A stretch of 64,000 nucleotides of DNA, taken from assembly GCA_965242725.1 (NCBI GenBank), contig CBDESZ010000034.1, positions 43,195 through 107,194 of the forward strand. Direction: 5' to 3'. Shown here one piece after another: positions 59,271-64,000 of the stretch (position 1 is the stretch's first letter; each line of letters begins with the position of its first letter). This DNA comes from Alkalispirochaeta sp. (GTDB taxonomy: Bacteria > Spirochaetota > Spirochaetia > DSM-27196 > Alkalispirochaetaceae). The translations under genes were made by a program, and so were the position numbers. The notes beneath the pieces were generated by a model. It searched no databases. It was not told the origin of the DNA and was given only the letters and a program-made list of their open reading frames with translations.

Positions 59271-59938
59271 AAAAGGCGGGCTTACTCGTAAAGGACGAAT
59301 CCGGCGATCTCATCGCCGTGACACTGTGCAATGAGAAGAGCAGAATCAAGACGCTGGAACGGGGTGAACTGTGGATTCTCGACCCGGCTACGGAGCGTGT
59401 CCTCCCCCTGTACGGCGGCGGAGCGAGAACGACGGGAGCTTTCGTCACCCGGGACCAATGGTTTGAAATAACCGTGTCACCCCCCGCAACGACCGCCCCG
59501 GAGAGCACGACCGCGCCACCGCCGCCCACCACCGCCTCCACGGAAACGCGGAGACGCGAGGCGGGCAGCGACACGGCTACCCCGGCACGCAGCGACGCGG
59601 CCGCGTCCAGGGAAGAGGCGGAGGGTGCCGGTACGGACCTCCCGACAGGCGAGGCCGCACAGCGGACCGGTCTGGTTCTGACACACCTCGCGGAGACGAT
59701 CGCCCAACGGCGCCGCACCATGCCGGAAGGCTCCTATACCACCCACCTCTTCACCAAAGGCAGCGGAAAAATCCGCAAAAAGACGGGAGAAGAGGCGGTG
59801 GAGCTCATCCTTGCGGAAAGCCCGGACGAGCTCCTCTCCGAAGCGGCGGACCTCATATACCACCTCATGGTTCTCCTGGAGGCGGAACAACTCTCCCTGG
59901 GCGACGTCATCGACGTACTGGCGGAGCGCTTTTCCTGA
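59267..59938 (+). CDS. hisE: Phosphoribosyl-ATP pyrophosphatase with degenerate N-terminal HisI-like domain
   Basis: PEGSYTTHLF.KG..KKTGEEAVE..EAADLIYHL. Confidence 0.88.
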   Translation: MKKAGLLVKDESGDLIAVTLCNEKSRIKTLERGELWILDPATERVLPLYGGGARTTGAFVTRDQWFEITVSPPATTAPESTTAPPPPTTASTETRRREAGSDTATPARSDAAASREEAEGAGTDLPTGEAAQRTGLVLTHLAETIAQRRRTMPEGSYTTHLFTKGSGKIRKKTGEEAVELILAESPDELLSEAADLIYHLMVLLEAEQLSLGDVIDVLAERFS

Positions 59939-59978
59939 CGGGATACCGCCCCGCAGGCTGAGCGCCCCGGACGCGCCG

Positions 59979-60746
59979 TCACACCTGATGCTCCCGTAAC
60001 CACCGGGCAAGTATCGCTTCACGCCTGTCGATTTCACCGTTGCCGTCTTCCACCGGTCCGAGGCGCTGTTCCGAGATGAGGCGTCCATCCTTCATGAGGA
60101 GCACCCGGTGCGTCCGTGCGGCGACCCTCACGTCGTGGGTGACAAGTAGCACCGTCGTCCCGGCTTCGTTGATTTCGGTGAGGAGGTCCATGATCTCCGC
60201 CGACGCGGTTGAGTTGAGCGCCCCCGTCGGTTCGTCGCCGAAGATGATCTGTGGTTCATTGATCAATGCCCGACATATCCCGACTCGCTGGAGCTGTCCT
60301 CCCGACGCCTGGGTAATCGAGCGGTCGCCGAGCGAGGTGATCCCGGTACGGCGCAACAGTTTCTCCGCCCGCTCATCGATCGATTTCCGGGAGCTGCGGC
60401 GGCTCAGATAACCGGAAAGGATCACATTGTCCCGGATCGAGAGATTTCGGAGGAGGTGGATATCCTGAAAGACGAATCCCATCTCGTTCAATCTGATCCG
60501 GGCGAGCTCCCGTTCCGGGAGCTCCGACAGTGATCGGTCCTTGAAGAGAACCGTTCCCGACGTAATTCGGTCCATTCCGCAAAGGGCGTAGAGCAGGGTT
60601 GATTTCCCCGATCCCGACGGCCCCATGACCGAAACAAATTCGCCCGATTCAATACGCAGATTGACGTCGTACAGTACCTGTTGTTCATTGTCCGTATCGA
60701 TTTGATACGTCTTATTCAGGTTTTTTGATTCCAGCAGGGTATTCAC
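59979..60746 (-). CDS. ABC transporter ATP-binding protein (LolD/MacB-like)
   Basis: GPSGSGKST, SGGQLQRV, DEPTGAL, VTHD. Confidence 0.93.
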   Translation of the reverse strand: MNTLLESKNLNKTYQIDTDNEQQVLYDVNLRIESGEFVSVMGPSGSGKSTLLYALCGMDRITSGTVLFKDRSLSELPERELARIRLNEMGFVFQDIHLLRNLSIRDNVILSGYLSRRSSRKSIDERAEKLLRRTGITSLGDRSITQASGGQLQRVGICRALINEPQIIFGDEPTGALNSTASAEIMDLLTEINEAGTTVLLVTHDVRVAARTHRVLLMKDGRLISEQRLGPVEDGNGEIDRREAILARWLREHQV

Positions 60747-63091
60747 AGTGTTCCTCCAGATGTGGCTGTTTTTATTCCGGACGCGTTGATCCGGGTTGTT
60801 ACGAGTACCGTCAGAGCAAAGGTGACGGGTAGCGCCAGGTATGCGGTCAACGGGGCAACGACGAAATCAATCCGGGCGGCCCCCATAAAGGACCAGAGAA
60901 AGCTGACCAGTTCCTCTCCGACGGTGTTGGAAAAGAGCGTTCCCAGAGATAACCCGACTCCCAGCACGGCGAGAATGGTGATCTGATATTGGTGCCGAAT
61001 ATCCTTGAGGGAAAATCCAATCCACCGCAAAACTGAATTGCGCGCCACATCCTTCCGTATCAGCATATGAAGAAAGAGTGATGTCACCAGAACGGAGACA
61101 CCGAGACCGACAAAAAGGGCAACTATCGTCACGGTCCGCAGACTGTCGATGGTGGTTCCCAGTGTCTGGCTCATGTACCCTTTCAAGTCGGTCACCCGAG
61201 CCGGGGCAAAGCGGACAGAGTATTCAAGAGATTTTTCGTGAACCTCCGTTTCCGGAACGACATCCAAAGCAAAGGAGTATGAAAGGAGACGTTCAGGATC
61301 GTTGAGAACGAGGGCCTTCGCCGTTCTGCCGCCGTTGGTAACATCCTGATATATGCCGCTTACGGTGAGATCGGTGTGTCGATCATTTATGACGAGCGTG
61401 ACGGTATCGCCGACGTCCCGGTCCATTTCCCGGGCGTTGAGATAGGAGAGGGCGATCTCGTTGCTCCTCCGGGGAGAACCGCCTTTCAGGTAGTCCGGGG
61501 GAAAGAGAGAGATATCTCCCGTTTCAATGGGAAACGACTCCTCCTCACCGGAATCGGTCACGAGGGTATAGAGGGAGGTTACCAGTGAGGCGTATCGAGC
61601 GACCGCCGGATCCTCAGCCAGGATTCGTTCCAGCTCTGCATGGCGTTCCGCCGTCACGTCGCTCCGTCGCAGGTCAATCCGGATGTCGCTGCGGCCGATC
61701 CCCATGTAGGAGACAAAGCTGCGGGCGGTGATGGTGGTAAGAAAGTTGAAGGGAACAATGATAATAAAGGCTGCGAAAAAAAAGATAAAAGCCAGGAGGA
61801 CGTAGAGCCGGGGGCGCTGCATTACGTCGCGAAGACCGAGCGCGGTATTGATGCTCACCCCCCGCCACCTCTGCAGCCGGGGAATACGGCGCTCCCTCGA
61901 CGCTTCAACGCCAAAGGATCGCAGCGCCGCCACGGCGGTTATCTTTCGGAGCCGTCGCAGGATGATCAGGCACGACACGACGACCACCGCAAATACGAGG
62001 ATCGCCGCACAAACCGGCAGTACGATGCCGGTCAATCCCGAGTGAGCCTGACCGAGGGAGCGGGACATCTGTCGCGTAAGCATATCGGTAAGTGGAAATG
62101 ACGCCAGGAAACCCGCGACGCTTGCCAGGAGCGCCACAGCGACGTATTTGGCAACGTAGATCGATCGTATCCTGCCGTCGGGCATACCGATCGCCTTCAT
62201 CACGCCGATTTCGCGGTAGTCTTCTTCAATGGACGCAAGAATGGAAAACCGCAGGCACAAGAGTGCGATCACCATGAGAATCCCGCTGAGGAGAATCACC
62301 ACCGCCGATACGATACCGTCGGAGAGCGCGTTGAGCGTGCGAAAGAGCGTCCGACCCACCATCGGACCGGACTGGGGGAGGCCGGCATCCCGGTATGCGG
62401 CGGTAAACCCGTCGGTCAATGCCGGATCGACGAGACGAAAACTGATGAGGTACTCCGTCTCGGGAAATGCTTCCCTGAGCACGGCGAAATCGTCCTCGTG
62501 TACGACAAAACGCTTGGAGTGCACGATGGCCGGGTTCATCTGGGCATCCCTGATACGGGCCGCCGCGGTGAAGGTTCGCTCAAAATCACCGGTCTCAAGG
62601 GTGACCGTATCGCCGAGGGACAGGCCATCCCGTTCTGCAAAGTAGAATGGTATTCCGATCGTTCCCGGCTCCGGGTAATACGGCCTGTTTTCCTCATCCA
62701 GCAGAAGATCGAAGGATTCGTTCTGCCTGACAAAGCTGATATCCATGACGCTTCCCTCTTCCGACTCACCTCCCTCCGCCAGGTACAGGGCGCTGCCGTC
62801 TATCGATATCATTTCGTCGACCTGGTACTCCTCGACCTCATCCCGTGACGAAACCCAGGCGTCGAGGGCGTCGACATCAATCGTTCCCGAGTGCATCTGT
62901 ACGACGTCGGGAACCCGGGCGGCGTGAAAGAGGGTATCCAGTGCTCCATTGAGGGTAACGATCAGCCCCGTTCCCCCGGCAACGAGCAGCGCTGAAAGGG
63001 TTACGAAGGCAAATACGAGGAGCATCGTCCCCCGGTTCCGACGGAGGTCCCGCGCGAGAATTCGAAATATGATCATTCGGCCCGGCTTCAT
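60743..63091 (-). CDS. FtsX/MacB-like ABC transporter permease (duplicated)
   Basis: REIGVMKAIGM; two periplasmic domains each followed by a TM bundle. Confidence 0.9.
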   Translation of the reverse strand: MKPGRMIIFRILARDLRRNRGTMLLVFAFVTLSALLVAGGTGLIVTLNGALDTLFHAARVPDVVQMHSGTIDVDALDAWVSSRDEVEEYQVDEMISIDGSALYLAEGGESEEGSVMDISFVRQNESFDLLLDEENRPYYPEPGTIGIPFYFAERDGLSLGDTVTLETGDFERTFTAAARIRDAQMNPAIVHSKRFVVHEDDFAVLREAFPETEYLISFRLVDPALTDGFTAAYRDAGLPQSGPMVGRTLFRTLNALSDGIVSAVVILLSGILMVIALLCLRFSILASIEEDYREIGVMKAIGMPDGRIRSIYVAKYVAVALLASVAGFLASFPLTDMLTRQMSRSLGQAHSGLTGIVLPVCAAILVFAVVVVSCLIILRRLRKITAVAALRSFGVEASRERRIPRLQRWRGVSINTALGLRDVMQRPRLYVLLAFIFFFAAFIIIVPFNFLTTITARSFVSYMGIGRSDIRIDLRRSDVTAERHAELERILAEDPAVARYASLVTSLYTLVTDSGEEESFPIETGDISLFPPDYLKGGSPRRSNEIALSYLNAREMDRDVGDTVTLVINDRHTDLTVSGIYQDVTNGGRTAKALVLNDPERLLSYSFALDVVPETEVHEKSLEYSVRFAPARVTDLKGYMSQTLGTTIDSLRTVTIVALFVGLGVSVLVTSLFLHMLIRKDVARNSVLRWIGFSLKDIRHQYQITILAVLGVGLSLGTLFSNTVGEELVSFLWSFMGAARIDFVVAPLTAYLALPVTFALTVLVTTRINASGIKTATSGGTL

Positions 63092-64000
63092 TCGTCACCT
63101 CCGCCGAGTGGAAGAAGAACGTCGATACTGAGATAGAATCCGGTGTTATCGTTTCGTTCGATCTCGTCGTCCAGCCGCTCCCATGAGCTGAAGGCGTACC
63201 CGCCGGTAACGGTGAAGACCGTAAGGTCGACCTTTCCGAATGCGACGTAGGAACCGACGTCCCGGGTCTGCCGTTCCTTCGCGAGATCATAGCTGAAGGT
63301 TGTGTTTGCAATTCCAATGGAAAAGGGTCGGTACGCGACGGACGCCTCAAATATGAGATCCTCCACGCTCCGAAACTGGTCGATCCGGGCGTCGACGGTC
63401 ATATTGAGGTCGTTTTCCGGCGCGATGGTGACGTTCAGATTGGGACCGGTAATGAAGTCGAAGGAGACCGCCAGCGCACGGGAATTGAACGATCCCTCGA
63501 TAAAGGGCACCGGAAGCAGGGGCCACACCTCACCGTCGGCGCTTTCGATTCCGAAATCGGAGAGGGCCAGTCCCGCCCCGACGGTAAGAGTGGTTCGTTC
63601 CGTCTCGACCAGGCGATATCCGTAGACCGACGCGGCCTGAAAGGTGTGCCACCCGCCTGCGACAGGTCGATCGGAACTCGATGAGAATAACGACAGCGTC
63701 CGGTGACGTCCGCGACTGACATCGAGGATCGCGTCAATCGTATGAAAGTGCGTCGGGTCCGTATCGTCGGTATCGACGATATGAGTGGCGTACTGTCCGA
63801 CAAAGAAGTTCTCGTTCTTCAGGACCAGAATGCCGCCGCCGGGGGCGTGTACGGTCGCGTCCGGCAGGGACAGCATCTCATAGTGTCCCAGAGGATAGAC
63901 CGTGAACTCTGATGAACCGGCGACCTCCGTACCGCGCCGCCGCTTCATTTTGCAGCTCCTGGGCGGCAATACCCATGGCGACTATGGCCGCCAGAACCAC
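63088..64000 (-). CDS. Probable outer-membrane beta-barrel-like protein; 5' end outside the window, apparent frameshift near 63935
   Basis: Amphipathic beta-strand body (LLPVPFI..; TGFYLSIDV); a signal-peptide-like VVLAAIVAMGIAAQELQ lies in the adjacent frame at 64000-63950. Confidence 0.6.

Noticed and set aside
1..64000. CRISPR arrays, tRNA/rRNA genes, transposases, prophage or defence islands
   Set aside because: Intergenic gaps are short and none showed such patterns; no cas, integrase or transposase motifs among the ORFs.

Overview
GC-rich (visually about 60%) bacterial chromosome segment, densely coding, with about 58 genes. It is probably from a free-living spirochaete (Spirochaetia); this is inferred from gene content such as FapA/DUF342, a STAS-zinc-ribbon protein and an Asp-type MurA. 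Most genes are housekeeping: serA, avtA, radA, dps, nfo, thrC, murA, rsmE, ctpA, lgt, lnt, ilvD, hisA/hisE, rpmG/rpmB, transporters and two diguanylate cyclases. I saw no rRNA, tRNA, CRISPR array, transposase or prophage. Two real genes are absent from the ORF track: a GNAT-nitrilase fusion running off the left edge, and rpmG. Most notable observations: (1) an oriC-like cluster of five co-oriented DnaA boxes phased at 11 bp around an AT-rich core, with no dnaA in the window (33183-33437); (2) immediately downstream of it, an operon of two divergent LptF/LptG-like membrane proteins (one with a TPR-like insertion, both apparently lacking the canonical coupling helix) plus a membrane J-domain protein, with a STAS-PspA-pseudo-response-regulator operon on the other side; (3) a window-wide pattern of -10 hexamers 6-9 nt before start codons, suggesting pervasive leaderless mRNAs; (4) a candidate ERIC/Correia-like MITE, a candidate ribosomal-protein leader, a Per/Fur-type box at dps, an HTH-less sigma54 activator and several apparent pseudoenzymes. 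Three genes carry apparent frameshifts that may be assembly errors. All functional calls are from motif recognition by eye; no database searches were run.
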